DNA of 64,000 nucleotides, from contig CM075988.1 in assembly GCA_038087875.1 (NCBI GenBank), positions 3,286,001 through 3,350,000 of the forward strand. The letters are read 5' to 3'. Positions within the stretch are counted from its first letter, which is position 1. Each line of letters opens with the position of its first letter. The translations under genes and the position numbers were made by a program. Below, piece after piece: positions 1-13,160 of the stretch. The notes under the pieces are model-generated. The model did not search any database. It worked only from the letters and a program-made list of their open reading frames with translations, and was not told the DNA's origin. The stretch is from Malacoraja senta (taxonomy: Eukaryota).

Positions 1-780
1 CTGCAGCCATACAATACAAAACGAAGAAGACCCGAGACACAACACAATTTACACATACATCCATCACAGCGCTGTGATGGAAGGCAAAAAAACGTATCTC
101 TCCACTGCACTCCCCCCCGATGTCAGAGTCAAAGTCAAAGCCCCCGGCGGGCGATGGTGATTGTCCCGCAGCCATTAAAGCCACGCCGGGTGATGCAAGG
201 TCGCGCACCGGGTCTTGGTGTTAGAGCCCCGGCGCGCACCCGCAAAGTTCGGTGGCCATTCCAAGCCGCGCGGGGGGATAAAGCCCCGCTCCAGGTGCTC
301 TTCAACCCCGCAACTCGGGCGGGAGAAGTCGCTACTGCGGAAGCCCCGAAAAGCGGTCTCCCACCAGGGGACCCGCGGGCTTCCAGTGTTGCCGTCCGCC
401 AGACCCGCGGTTGTAGCCTCCGAATCTCCGGCGGTCGGGTAGCTGCAGCGCTCCACCACAGCTCCACCCGCTCCGGACTCGGCCAGCCCCGCGACGGTGA
501 GTAGTCCGCAGCTCCACGGGAGCCCCAGGTCGTTCCTGCTGGAGGCCGCACCACGTTGCCCAGCCCCAACGACAACGGAGACCCGACAAAGAAAAGGTCG
601 GGTCTCCCGTGCAGCGGAAAGATTTCAAAGTTTCCCCACCCCACCCCCACCCCACCCCCACCCCCCACGCACACATACCCCGACAAAAAAAAGAATAAAA
701 AACTACATAAAAACGAGACAAAAATAATAAAAAGACAGACGGACTGCAGAGGCCGCTGCAGACGAAAGTCGCGCCGCCCA
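1..780 (-). repeat. Unclassified GC-rich interspersed repeat (probable non-autonomous non-LTR element), truncated by window start
   Basis: Similar layout and motifs to 59276-60130 and 27470-27780 (e.g. ccccacccc...acata, ...gacag...ctgc...cgcc). The long ORFs here are low-complexity with no domain motifs. Confidence 0.35.
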
Positions 781-796
781 CCCAAACACCAATTAC

Positions 797-2703
797 TTAA
801 CCACCAATTACCTAAATATATGTTATAAAGTCTGATACTGGGGCAGTAGTGGTGAATGTTTCTCGCTGCATTGGGGTAACATGTTTGTATACATTTTCCA
901 TTTTTTCTCATTTAACAGTATATACAGAAGATCAAACAGGATTCCGTTTCGGGAGTATTGGTGGTACTAGATTGGATCTACAAAACCATGGTACCCTGAG
1001 GTGTTTAAAATGATCACAAAGCCTCTTATGATTTCCAAACAGAATTAATCTGTTTGTGCGCTCTATAACTGATGATTCACATCCTTTACATAATCATATT
1101 GGTTGCTGATTTACAGATTTTAAGGAGTGACATTTATCGGAAGAGGACTATCAGATTGTACTGTGGATATAACCATATAACCATATAACAATTACAGCAT
1201 GGAAACAGGCCGTCTCGGCCCTTCAAGTCCATGCCGAACACTTTTTCTCCCCTAGTCCCATACAGAGTTTGTATGTTCTCCCCGTGACCTGCGTGAGTTT
1301 TCTCCAGGTGCTCGGGTTTCCTCCCACATTCCAAAGACGTACAGGTTTGTAGGCTAGTTGGCTTCGGTAAAATTGTACATTATTCTCCAGTATTAATGTG
1401 CGGGGATCGCTGGTCACCACGGACTCAGTGGGCTGAAGGGCCTGTTTCCGCACTGTATCTCAAAAGTAAACTGCAATGTAATCTAGGAAGTTTGGTGGTG
1501 ACAATTTGTAGAGAACTTCATGAGAGCTTTGTTCTACTTGAAGTAGACGGATCCCCAGATTCACAAAGATCTGCCTGAAATTTAGAAAGTACTGATCAAA
1601 CTTAACCATATAACCATTACATTACAGCACGGAAACAGGCCATCTCGACCCTTCAAGTCCGTGCCGAACACTTTATTTATTTATTTCCCCCCCTACTTTC
1701 TTCCCCCTAGTCCCATCTACCTGCACTCAGACCATAACCCTCCATTCCTTTCATAGAAACATAGAAACATAGAAAATAGGTGCAGGAGTAGGCCATTCGG
1801 CCCTTCGAGCCTGCACCGCCATTCAATATGATCATGGCTGATCATCCAACTCAGTATCCCGTACCTGCCTTCTCTCCATACCCCCTGATCCCTTTAGCCA
1901 CAAGGGCCACATCTAACTCCCTCTTAAATATAGCCAATGAACTGGCCTCAACTACCCTCTGTGGCAGAGAGTTCCAGAGATTCACCACTCTGTGTGAAAA
2001 AGTTTTTCCTCATCTCGGTCTTAAAGGATTTCCCCCTTATCCTTAAGCTGTGACCCCTTGTCCTGGACTTCCCCAACATCCAGTCCATATACCAATCCAA
2101 TCTATTTTTAAAGGATAAAATCGAACCTGCCTCCACCACTTCCTCTGGAAGCTCATTCCACACAGCTTCCACTCTCTGAGTAAAGAAGTTCCCCCTAATG
2201 TTACCCCTAAACTTCTGTCCCTTAATTCTCAAGTCATGTCCCCTTGTTTGAATCTTCCCTATTCTCAATGGGAAAAGCTTATCCACGTCAACTCTGTCTA
2301 ACCCGCTCATCATTTTAAAGACCACTATTAAGTCCCCTCTTAACCTTCTGCGCTCCAAAGTATAAAGACCTAACTTGTTCAACCTTTCTCTGTAACTTAG
2401 TTGCTGAAACCCAGGCAACATTCTAGTAAATTTCCTCTGTACTCTCTCTATTTTGTTGACATCCTTCCTATAATTAAGCGACCAAAATTGTACTCCATAC
2501 TCCAGAATTGGCCTCACCAATGCCTTGTACAATTTTAACATTACATCCCAACTTCTATATTCAATGCTCTGATTTATAAAAGCCAGCACACCAAAAGCTT
2601 TCTTTACCACCTTATCCACATGAGATTCCACCTTCAGGGAACTATGCACAGTTATTCCTAGATCTCTCTGTTCAACTGCATTCCTCAATTCGCTACCATT
2701 TAC
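797..2703 (+). repeat. Local duplication of 6448-6856 + 11640-12930 (DIRS-A interior, SINE, CR1), lacking DIRS-B
   Basis: Near-identical: ttaaccaccaattacc...catggaaa matches 6448-6856; caggcc...cgctaccatttac matches 11643-12930. Confidence 0.95.
1605..2703 (-). mobile_element. CR1 LINE 3' fragment with a second CR1 3' tail nested at ~1752-2080
   Basis: ORF 1948-2688 has CR1 C-terminal motifs (LYKALVRPILEY.VQFW, ERVQR, LGLY.LE.RRLRGDLI, RGH, FFTQRV). (catagaaa)n tail at 1752. Confidence 0.9.
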
Positions 2704-3654
2704 TATAATAGAAGTTATAGCCTCTATTTACCTTGGAGGTCTGCAATTGATATGACCTTGTGTACACTCATTCCTTCAGCAAATGCAGGCTATTTTTTCC
2801 CCCTAAAACCATATATCTTGCTCTGTTTCAAAGATTTTACCAATGTTCTCCATTAAGGTGCAGTGCGTTCTGTCCGTTGGCAAAGTGTTCCAAGCACTGT
2901 GGCAAGAAATTATTTCTGAATTTTTTTTTTCATTCTCATGCTGGGGATAGAAATTTATCCAGTGAGTCTTTCAATAAGGAAAAGGTGACGTTTCCCCATA
3001 ATTTATGCCTTTCATAGGTGTCTTCATACGTTTTGCTGTTGAAAAGCAAGATAAATGCACCTTGTTGTTATTCATGGAACATGGAAAATAGAACAGTACA
3101 GCTTCAGGCCCTTCAGCCCACAATAACTGTGCCGAACATGATTTTACTTCGGAGTCACGTGAGTGACTACGTGAAGAAGAGCCCGTCCAGCCGCACACGC
3201 GTCATATCGTACAGCCGCGCAGCGAGAGTGCCGATGTTTGGAGCGAGCAGAGCTCCTCCAAACCGGTAAGTTAAAAAAAACCTGAAGGTAAGTTTTTACT
3301 TACGGTTTTCAGGCGATTTAAAAGACTTGTAGTAATACAATACAAGTCATAATGAAGAAAATTGTGGAGGTGTACCGCAGAGTGCTCAGACAGACTGCGG
3401 GTCTGTGAGTAGTGGGCGCCCTTTTAAAAAAAAAATGTAAACGGGTACTGTTTAGCGCTATTAGATCGCATAGATAAGAGGTTGCCGTTAAAGAAGTCAG
3501 ACCAGAGATCCCCGTTTCAGGTAACTAGTTGGTTATATTTAAAACCTAGTTACAAGGCAATGCAGGGAATGCCTGAGTCAGGTAACTAGTTTGTTATATT
3601 TTAAAAACCTAGTTGCAGGGCAATGCAGGGAATGTCTGGGGAATGTCCAGGTTA

Positions 3655-4150
3655 ACTGTTTGGTCTAAATTAGAGCCAGCATATGAAGTGCCTAGGGAAG
3701 GTCCGGGCTTTGTGTTGGGCTAGAGAAGGCCAGTGTATGAAGTGCCTGGGGAAGGTCTGTTTTAAAATTGTCCCTACAGGGTCAGTGCCGGGGTGCCTGA
3801 TGGAGGTCCAGGTTTAGCGTTGGCCTAGAGGAGAGCCAGCGCATGGAGTGCTTTATAAGGTCTGGCTCAATGTTGGCCTAAAGGGCGAGCCAGCATAGGA
3901 AATATTTGAGAAAGTCCGGTTCAGCGCTGGCCTACAGGTGAGCCAGTGTGAGCAAATGGTTGGTTAAGGTACGTTGGTCTACAGGAGAGCCAGCGCCAAC
4001 TATATCTGGAAGTTAGCGTTGGCCTACAGGTGAGCCAGCGCCAGCAACACCTGAAAGAGGGCTGCCTATGATGGGCATACAGGAGTGCCCGCATGGAGAG
4101 CAACTGGAAGGGTTGTTATGCGTAGGCCTATGGGAGAGCCAGCGCTAGAG
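3655..4150 (+). repeat. Degenerate ~45-54 bp minisatellite with palindromic core in the DIRS-A gag region
   Basis: About 10 units with core gcgytggcctacaggwgagccagcgc (e.g. 3817, 3924, 3971, 4016, 4120). Confidence 0.75.
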
Positions 4151-7100
4151 ATACCTGAAGCAGGATGTAAATTCGCCCCTCCATGAGGAGTTTAGTTCAT
4201 ACAAAGATTCAAGTAAACGGATCATATAAGGCCTAGAGCCCAATACAGAGCCAAAGGACCAGAGTTGGCACAATGTATTAAAGTTGTGGTTCCAAAAAGA
4301 TGAGGGAACCATTGGGAGATAAATAAACTATGTTAATAAAATACTTACTCTCCCAGCAGCTCCAGGTTCTAACCAGGTATGAGCTGTCTACAAATATAAA
4401 CCCGCAGTATTGAGCATGATAAGCAAGTCTCAGCGAGGGAGAGGGTATTGAAATTACTGGTCAGGCGTTAAGGCTTTTTTGACCAAAGGTTGGATGGAGA
4501 GCATGTGTTTATATCACAACAAGGTTGAATTAGCACTCATGTGTAGTGCGCACTTTCAAATAATTGTTTTATAAAAGTGCTATAAAACCTAATATATACC
4601 CTAAGTTTGGGGGCTCTGTACACCATCTAATATTTAAATTGTCTATTAATCTGTTTTTATAAAGATCTAGCCAAAAAAGGTATGATCCTGTGTGATTAAC
4701 AGATACAATTAAGGCAGTTTTCCCTACCAATATGTGGTGACTGGGGATAGTAAAGTATCAATTCTGTCTTTCCCATATGTGCGTTATAGGCGCACTCCTC
4801 CCGAGTTATGTGGAAGTTATAATATTCCACTAAGATCAGGGGATAACAATTGCCATAAGCAAACCCCGAGGAGGAGGTCTGGTTCTGTAAGAAACATATT
4901 AAATGTTTTACACTTACAAGTTGGGGAAGATTACATTTCTTGCTAAAAAATGGCAAATTGATATTGTACTGTACAGTATTGTGGGGTTTAGAATGTAGTT
5001 CTACCCATATTTGGTTTCTCTTACTAAGGTATTTGAAACCAGACACATATTTTCTCAAAATAAGAGAATATGTAGATTCAGACAAAACATGAAACATTGT
5101 GGGAAAGAGATGATTAACAAGTCAGTTCACCATTACCATCAATTAATGCCAAATATGTTATGAGAGCAAATAAGGATGGTGGGTGTAGATTTATTCTAGA
5201 TCTGACAAATTTTAACTCTTTTTTGTACAGTATAAACAGTGGATAATATTTGTTAATATTATGCAGCCAATTTCACAAATAAGCATTTTACTATGTGACT
5301 GTGTATGGTATAATAGATTTTTCTATTTTATCTGGATAAGCCAATTATGGCAATTTAAAGCATTGTATTAATGTTTAGTCTCAGCCTTGAGACTATTTGA
5401 CAGGTTGTTGGATTTAATATTAGCTTTACTAAGAACTCAGGGCCATTTGGTAATGGTCTATTGCCATATTCTGATTGTAGGAAATATTTGGACTACAACA
5501 GAACCATGAGTGTTAGAATAAAGCTCACTTTGGAGATTTGTTAACCATCGAGATAAATCTAAAAGTTTCCAAACACAGTTATTGATTATTTGGGTTCCAT
5601 TATTAAATGAGAACACATGGTCATGATCCGATTGCATGATTAAGGCTGCATTTAAGTGGAAGTTGTACAAAGCTCATTAGAGAACATCAACCATTGTATA
5701 AAGGTCAATATAGAGCACTAATCATTAATTAGGCATTTAATTGGAAGTGGTATTAAGCTCATTATAGAGCACCAACCATCAATTAGGCAGGAAACAAGCC
5801 TACTTTACAAATTTTGTTTAATTTCAGCTGTAGAATTTAGATTGCGGCATTATCAAAGTTTATAGTAAGCATGGATAGAGGAATGGATAATACAATTTAT
5901 GGTAAGTTTGCCAGGCCATGTATTTGCCACTTACAGTTATTACTGGAATATTGATGAATCAGGAGTGTCTCAAATGCCTCCAGAGAGATTCTGGCTAAAC
6001 ACCTTCCATTATGCTACACACTAATGGTAGTGCTCTAAGTTGAGGTCATACTTATAAGTATTTTCAGCTGTGGAGGTACATGGAATATGGAGAAAGTACC
6101 TTTTGATCAAATAACAAGGGATCATTATGTAAGTTTTAGGAACATTTATGACCTAAAGCTTATTTGATCTTATATGCAAAGTTGCATGTTTAGACATAGT
6201 TTGAGACTACGGAATAGAACGTATGTCAATCATTCGAGTGGTTCAAGTCACTATCTTGTAATAGACTGGCTAATGTTATCTGGATCTGGTATTTACCAGA
6301 AATATTTGATTGGCAATCTACCTATGAGGTAGGTTCAATATAGTTGAAGACTCAAAAGTCATGTAAATCAATGATAATATAGAATGTATGTTGGATCGTG
6401 AGAAATTTAATATTATAGCACGATTGATGACTTGTTTGTATCCAGATTTAACCACCAATTACCTAAATATATGTTATAAAGTCTGATACTGGGGCAGTAG
6501 TGGTGAATGTTTCTCGCTGCATTGGGGTAAAATGTTTGTATACATTTTCCATTTTTTCTCATTTAACAGTATATACAGAAGAGCAAACAGGATTCCGTTT
6601 CGGGAGTATTGGTGGTACTAGATTGGATCCACAAAACCATGGTACCCTGAGGTGTTTAAAATGATCACAAAGCCTCTTATGATTTCCAAACAGAATTAAT
6701 CTGTTTGTGCGCTCTATAACTGATGATTCACATCCTTTACATAATCATATTGGTTGTTGATTTACAGATTTTAAGGAGTGACATTTATCGGAAGAGGACT
6801 ATCCGATTGTACTGTGGATATAACCATACAACCATATAACAATTACAGCATGGAAATAGTAAGATTAAACGAGAACTTACCTAAGTTTGAAGTTTGATCT
6901 TTATTTTATGAGGAGTTACGTTGGTGATTACGTGAAGAACCCCGCCAGTGTGCCTGCGCGTCAATCTTCAAAGCAGCGGTGTGAAATCACAAAAAACAAC
7001 AAGCGAAGTAATATAGTATCATAATAAAACGAGTAATACAAGAACTTCCATCTGACCTTTATGATAGAGGGTTGGATCGTGGTGGGCACGTAGTCACCAA

Positions 7101-7372
7101 CGTAACTCCTCATAAAATAAAGATCAAACTTCAAACTTAGGTAAGTTCTCGTTTAATCTTACTATTTTACTTCGGAGTCACGTGAGTGACTACGTGAAGA
7201 TTTTAAAGCTTTGTGATTTCATGCCGTAGATCAATCCCGGCTTCTCACTGCATTGATTGACACGGAACGAGAATAATCAATCATGCATTCATAATAACAT
7301 TTGTACCACAAATGCAGTAATTCATTTATTTTAATAATGAAATTAATCAGATCCCCTTTAAACCAGAGGAAT

Positions 7373-8293
7373 TTACACAGAACTTAAAATAGTTTCTGCA
7401 AACAATCCCGCATTAACAATAGGCCGATGGTAAAATTGTTGAAACATCAACTCATTGGACCACCCGGCGGCTGTGAGGATATGGTCGACGGTGACGTCTT
7501 TCGCCCTGGCCGCCGACGTTGCTCCTGCCCTAGTCGAGTGAGACGTAAAAACATCAATGTTAATACCAGCAGCTGTTAAGACTTCTTTTATACATCTGGA
7601 AATAGTCTGTACTGAAACTCTCTTGTGTGGTTTCTTGTGTGTGATCAACAACCCAGTTTCCGTATCTCTCAAATTCTTTGTGACCTCAATGTATTGTAAC
7701 AAATATGTCTTAATACAGAGACAAGGATCATTTGGATATGCTGCTAGCACAATTTTAAATCCTGTCACACCTGGCCTACTTTGCTTTAGTAGGTCATAGA
7801 TATAGAATGTAACCTTGTCTTCAGTTACTTCCATCATGTCTATTTGTAATTTTCCAAGTGTTTGCACTCGTTGTGCTGTCACTAATGCCATAAGCATGAC
7901 TACTTTCATACTGAGCTTGGCCAAAGGTAAAGACACACTTGGTGACCATTCACAAAGTAGTTTCAGCACCACACTTATATCCCAGATTGTCATGTACCTA
8001 GGTTTCGGAGGTTTGGAATTAAAGATTCCTTTCATCAGTCTGGAAACAAGTGGGTGCGACCCAATTGGATTTCTTTCTGAATCCAGAACCAAATATGAGG
8101 ACAATGCACTTCTGGCTGAATTAATTGCACTATAACTCAAACCATCATAATAAAGTTTTGACAGAAATTCTAAAACATTTGAAATATCTGCAGTACTATA
8201 TTCCACATTCTTTTGTACACAGAACTCTTCCCATTTCTTAATATAAGAAAGGTACTGTTTTTGAGTGCTCTTCCTCCAGGCTGCCGTAAGCAT
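7373..8293 (-). CDS. DIRS tyrosine recombinase
   Basis: 306-aa ORF with catalytic-type R (TAQRVQT), HSTR, AGWS and FY motifs of lambda-integrase-family recombinases. Confidence 0.92.
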   Translation of the reverse strand: MLTAAWRKSTQKQYLSYIKKWEEFCVQKNVEYSTADISNVLEFLSKLYYDGLSYSAINSARSALSSYLVLDSERNPIGSHPLVSRLMKGIFNSKPPKPRYMTIWDISVVLKLLCEWSPSVSLPLAKLSMKVVMLMALVTAQRVQTLGKLQIDMMEVTEDKVTFYIYDLLKQSRPGVTGFKIVLAAYPNDPCLCIKTYLLQYIEVTKNLRDTETGLLITHKKPHKRVSVQTISRCIKEVLTAAGINIDVFTSHSTRAGATSAARAKDVTVDHILTAAGWSNELMFQQFYHRPIVNAGLFAETILSSV

Positions 8294-8339
8294 GCCACAG
8301 TACGCTCAGACAGTCCTTGCCCCAGAAAAGGCCTTCTTA

Positions 8340-10230
8340 AAACCTGCAAATCAACAAATCCAAATGATCATATAATGGATGTTGTTCCCCTGTTACAGGG
8401 TGCAGCAATAGATTACTTCTTTTTGGGACTTTCATCAACTTTTGTGTTGTTAATTCTAATATCAACGGATACTATGGCTGTGTAGGCCAATCTGGTACTA
8501 CTAATACCCCTGAAGCAGCATCTTGCCTGATTTTAAGCAAACATCAGCTTATGAGGCAGAAAGGTGGAAATATATATGAAAACATCCCACCCCAATGTAG
8601 CGAGAAAGCATCAATCGCCATTGCTCCTGGATCTGGTTCCCATGACACATATCTCGATAGCTGATGATTCAGTCTAGATGCGAACAAGTTGATGTCTGGC
8701 ATTCCAAATCTGATTACTATGTCCTTGAATACCTCTCTATTCAACATCCATTCTTTATTATCATGGAACTTTCGTGACCTGGTGTCTGCTATTGTATTCA
8801 TTCTACCTGGTAGATGGATAGCTGAAATCCAAATGTTCTTTCCAATGCACCAAGACCAAATTTGATTAGCCATTTTGTCACATGACACCGACTTGATTCC
8901 ACCCATATGATTAATATAGGCAACTGCTGTTGTGTTATCAATTTGAACTTGACCATGCTTATTAGTTGTGTTAGAACAGTAAGCTTGGAGTCCATAGAAA
9001 CATCCTAAAAGCTCCAAATAGTTAATTCCCCATGTCTGCAGTAACAATGACTCTTCCTGATTCCATCTGCCACCGCAGCTAGATGCTAAGTCAGTTGCAC
9101 CCCATCCTAGTGCACTGGCATCAGTTTGTAATATCATGGAAGGTTGTTCAATCAGCACTTTGCTGGAACTGCTTGAGACATGTAGAATCCACCACTGCAG
9201 ATCAGAAACAGCATTTGTTGTTAGTTGCATGGTTCTATCAAAATGACTAGCATGCATTCTCAGTGCCTGTTCTTTAACTCTCTGCAGCTGTTGATAATGT
9301 AATGGTCCGTATTGGACTGCTGGGAATGCTGCTACTAATTTTCCCAGTACTCGAGCCACCTGTCTGATTGAGGGTTTTTGCTCGTTTAACAGATTACTGC
9401 AATCTTTAATCAACTCCACCCTTTTTTCCCTGGGCAAATTCATTTTCATTTGGACTGAATCAATTGTGAACCCCAAATAATCAATTGAGGTACATGGTGT
9501 TAACCTTGATTTCTTTGGATGAATTAGAAACCCCAAACTTTCAAAAGTTGATTTCACAACTGCAACAGATGCTTCTGTTGACTGTTTTGTCCTTCCTATA
9601 ATCAAGACATCATCCAAGTATGCCATTAGTACATGCCCCTGGCTTCTCAGCAACCCCAGAATTGGTTTTAACAATTTTGTGAATATTCTGGGAGCGGACG
9701 TTAACCCATTAGGCAGGGCTTTGAACTGCCATAACTGGTTCATCCATGTAAATTTAAGATACTTCCTATCTTCCGAGTGAACAGACACTGAATAATATGC
9801 ATCTTTTAAATCTATAGTTGCCATATAACATGCTTCTGAAATAAGTTGTTTGGCAGTCACAAATGTCTCCATTTTAAAATGTCTAAATTGAACAAAAGGA
9901 TTCAGACTTGTCAAGTCTAGAATAATCCTACATCCTCCATCCTTTTTTGATCGAGGAAATACATTTGACACAAATTGGTGAATTTGGTAGACTGATTCTT
10001 CAATAACACCTTTTATATATAGGGTTTCAAGTGCAGCTTGAACCTCCATCACTTCTTTTTGTGCAAAGTGGAGAGTTCTGCTAGGAACATGCTGGACAGG
10101 CAAATCGTAATTTGGATTGAATTCAATTTGAAATCCTTGTATACTATTCAGAATTACCACATCTGAAGTAATTGTTATAGAAGAGATGTAATCTGCCTCC
10201 AACCTTTGGACTTAATCCGGTTAGTATGTT
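8340..10230 (-). pseudogene. DIRS reverse transcriptase / RNase H / N6-adenine methyltransferase-like ORF (552-aa open stretch, disrupted near both ends)
   Basis: IDLKDAY, LPNGL, YLDD; RNase H TDAS..GWG, INYLEL, DNTTA; MT-like NLFAS...DAFS...FPPF. Stop at 8544. Confidence 0.92.
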
Positions 10231-11430
10231 CCCATGAGAACCAGGTCCACCTACATCTTGAGTCATTTGAGTACCCTGAGATCCCTGGGTTCTCCCAGAA
10301 GCACCGCCACTGGTTCTTGCTCCCGCTGCAGGCCGCCAGCTACGTCCCTGCGTTGATGAGCGACTTGGTCCTGGTCCAGGATCCGTATGACGTCTGAAAG
10401 GATACTTCCTCTTTACAGACTTTACAACCATTGATGTATTCATCAATCCTGTTTTCGCTTCATCTTCCAACTCTTTAATACGTCTCCCGAGATCCTCTCC
10501 AAAGAGTAAGTTGGGTAATTGTACATTAATTGGTTTGCAGAGTGCTGCGAATTTCGGAATCATAGTAGGCCGTATAGCACCTTTCCTCAGACAATTGATC
10601 TCGAAGTGGGTGCTGCATAGCAACCCCAGTGCTTCCTGATGCAACTCCGTCATCTCTTAGCTTTTATCCGCTATTCTGGCAAAAGGAGTTATTCCAGAAC
10701 CCAGCAGCTTTAATATTCTCTGCAATTTTAATTCTTGAGTTCTCATAGTCATACTCAACTGATTCCAGATGATTTGATTCACTGCTGGTGCTTTCAGCAA
10801 CACACAGTTACTTGGGGTCTCATGCTTTCTTGCAGTCTCATCCATCTCCTGCTGTTCCAGCTGATGGGAAACCAAGTAATTTATTAGGGAGGCCAATTCT
10901 TCTCCTAATGGCTCTCCTGACCCTGACGGGGCAGCGAATCGTACAGCCAGTGGTGGAATATCTGCCAGCTGCCGTTCTTCACCTTGTACAGCCTCACCGT
11001 CAGAGTCGGGGTCTGAACTCTCATGACCCGTGGCACGCTCCTCATCCCTGAGGGTGCATTCCATCAGCCCTGTACCAGGAGCTGTTGAGCTGCTTCCAGC
11101 AGCTTGGATTTCAGTACACTCCTCCCTGAGTGTGCTTCGCTCCAACAGCCTATGTACAAGGCTTTCCATTTGGGCAATACGCTCAAAAGCAGTATCTAGC
11201 CCTGGAGCTACTTCCATTGTCTGGGACTCCTCCTTCGTGGGCCGTCTGGATTTAAACTTGGCCTTGCGCCCGACAGGCGCTGACTGTGTTTTCACCAGCC
11301 CCAGGTCCACAGTCGCTATGCTCACCGCTGGCGACTGTACCGGGGTTAGAGGCGGTTGGTCTCTAACCGCAGACTCCCGACTTTCTGTCGGCTGAGTCGC
11401 TCGCCTCTTCCCCCTGCCCGTTTTTTCCAT
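10144..11430 (-). pseudogene. DIRS gag-like ORF1 with one in-frame stop (10657)
   Basis: ORFs 10657-11454 and 10144-10653. Homologous to DIRS-D ORF 54556-55278 (RFA..S..G.PL.E.LA..INYL, LFGEDL). Confidence 0.8.
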
Positions 11431-12169
11431 GGCGTCTGTGGAAAAAATCCCCACAGACCCACAGTAAACGGACCTGGATATACTTTAAAAAAGTTTCTAC
11501 TTACCTTGTAGTTGAAAAACTACAATTCCACTAGAGGAGCTCTGCTCCTACCGTCCGTTTGCATCAAGGCGTCTGACGTAATGACGCGCAGGCGCACTGG
11601 CGGGGTTCTTCACGTAGTCACTCACGTGACTCCGAAGTAAAACAGGCCATCTCGGCCCTTCAAGTCCATGCCGAACACTTTTTCTCCCCTAGTCCCATAC
11701 AGAGTTTGTATGTTCTCCCCGTGACCTGCGTGAGTTTTCTCCAGGTGCTCGGGTTTCCTCCCACACTCCAAAGACATACAGGGTTGTAGGCTAGTTGGCT
11801 TCGGTAAAATTGTACATTGTCTGCCAGTGTTAATGTGCGGGGATCGCTGGTCACCACGGACTCAGCGGACTGCAATGTAATCTAGGAAGTTTGGTGGTGA
11901 CAATTTGTAGAGAACTTCATGAGAGCTTTGTTCTACTTGGAGTAGACGGATCCCCAGATTCACAAAGATCTGCCTGAAATTTAGAAAGTACTGATCAAAG
12001 CTCCGGACTGTAAGTTAACCATTGTTCATGATATATGTATTTTTACTTCTATTTCTTTTTTACTGCACACACTGAAATGGACACTGGTTGAGGAACGTTT
12101 TTTTGTTTCCTCTGGGTATGCGAATACTCAGGAAATGACAATAAAGATATACAATACAATACAATACAA

Positions 12170-13160
12170 TAACCATTACATTACAGCACGGAAACAGGCC
12201 ATCTCGGCCCTTCAAGTCCGTGCCGAACACTTTATTTATTTATTTTCTCCCCTACTTTCTTCCCCCTAGTCCCATCTACCTGCACTCAGACCATAACCCT
12301 CCATTCCTTTCCAGTCCATATACCAATCCAATCTATTTTTAAAGGATAAAATCGAACCTGCCTCCACCACTTCCTCTGGAAGCTCATTCCACACAGCTAC
12401 CACTCTCTGAGTAAAGAAGTTCCCCCTAATGTTACCCCTAAACTTCTGTCCCTTAATTCTCAAGTCATGTCCCCTTGTTTGAATCTTCCCTATTCTCAAT
12501 GGGAAAAGCTTATCCACGTCAACTCTGTCTAACCCGCTCATCATTTTAAAGACCACTATTAAGTCCCCCCTTAACCTTCTGCGCTCCAAAGAATAAAGAC
12601 CTAACTTGTTCAACCTTTCTCTGTAACTTAGTTGCTGAAACCCAGGTAACATTCTAGTAAATCTCCTCTGTACTCTCTCTATTTTGTTGACATCCATCCT
12701 ATAATTAGGCGACCAAAATTGTACTCCATACTCCAGAATTGGCCTCACCAATGCCTTGTACAATTTTATCATTACATCCCAACTTCTATATTCAATGCTC
12801 TGATTTATAAAAGCACACCAAAAGCTTTCTTTACCACCTTATCTACATGAGATTCCACCTTCAGGGAACTATGCACAGTTATTCCTAGATCCCTCTGTTC
12901 AACTGCATTCCTCAATTCGCTACCATTTACCATGTACGTCCTATTTTGATTTGTCCTGCCAAGATGTAGCACCTCACATTTTTCAGCATTAAACTCCATC
13001 TGCCTTCTTTCAGCCCACTCTTCCAAATGGCCCAAATCTCTCTGTAGACTTTGAAAATCTACTTCATTATCCACAACACCACCTATCTTAGTATCATCTG
13101 CATACTTACTAATCCAACTTTCCACACCATCATCCAGATCATTGATGTACATGACAAACA
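12170..13160 (-). mobile_element. CR1 LINE 3' fragment
   Basis: YINDL, KYADD and CR1 C-terminal motifs in ORFs 12805-13215 and 12266-12772. Confidence 0.92.

Larger units (their letters stand above)
6854..11642 (-). mobile_element. DIRS-B: near-intact DIRS1-type retrotransposon (gag, RT/RNaseH/MT, YR)
   Basis: Both ITRs and ICR (~7088-7200) present; three recognisable ORFs; empty site visible at 1190-1215. Confidence 0.95.

Noticed and set aside
135..911. 258-aa ORF and overlapping ORFs
   Set aside because: GC-rich repeat spanning a duplication junction, with no domain motifs.
3655..4150. CRISPR-like array of palindromic repeats with variable linkers
   Set aside because: Vertebrate context inside a DIRS element; repeats are degenerate, linkers resemble each other, and there are no cas genes.
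7373..8293. Phage integrase or bacterial contamination
   Set aside because: The recombinase is the normal YR of a DIRS element, flanked by RT and ITR/ICR structure.
8340..8720. Restriction-modification methyltransferase
   Set aside because: An MT-like domain after RNase H is a standard DIRS1 feature.
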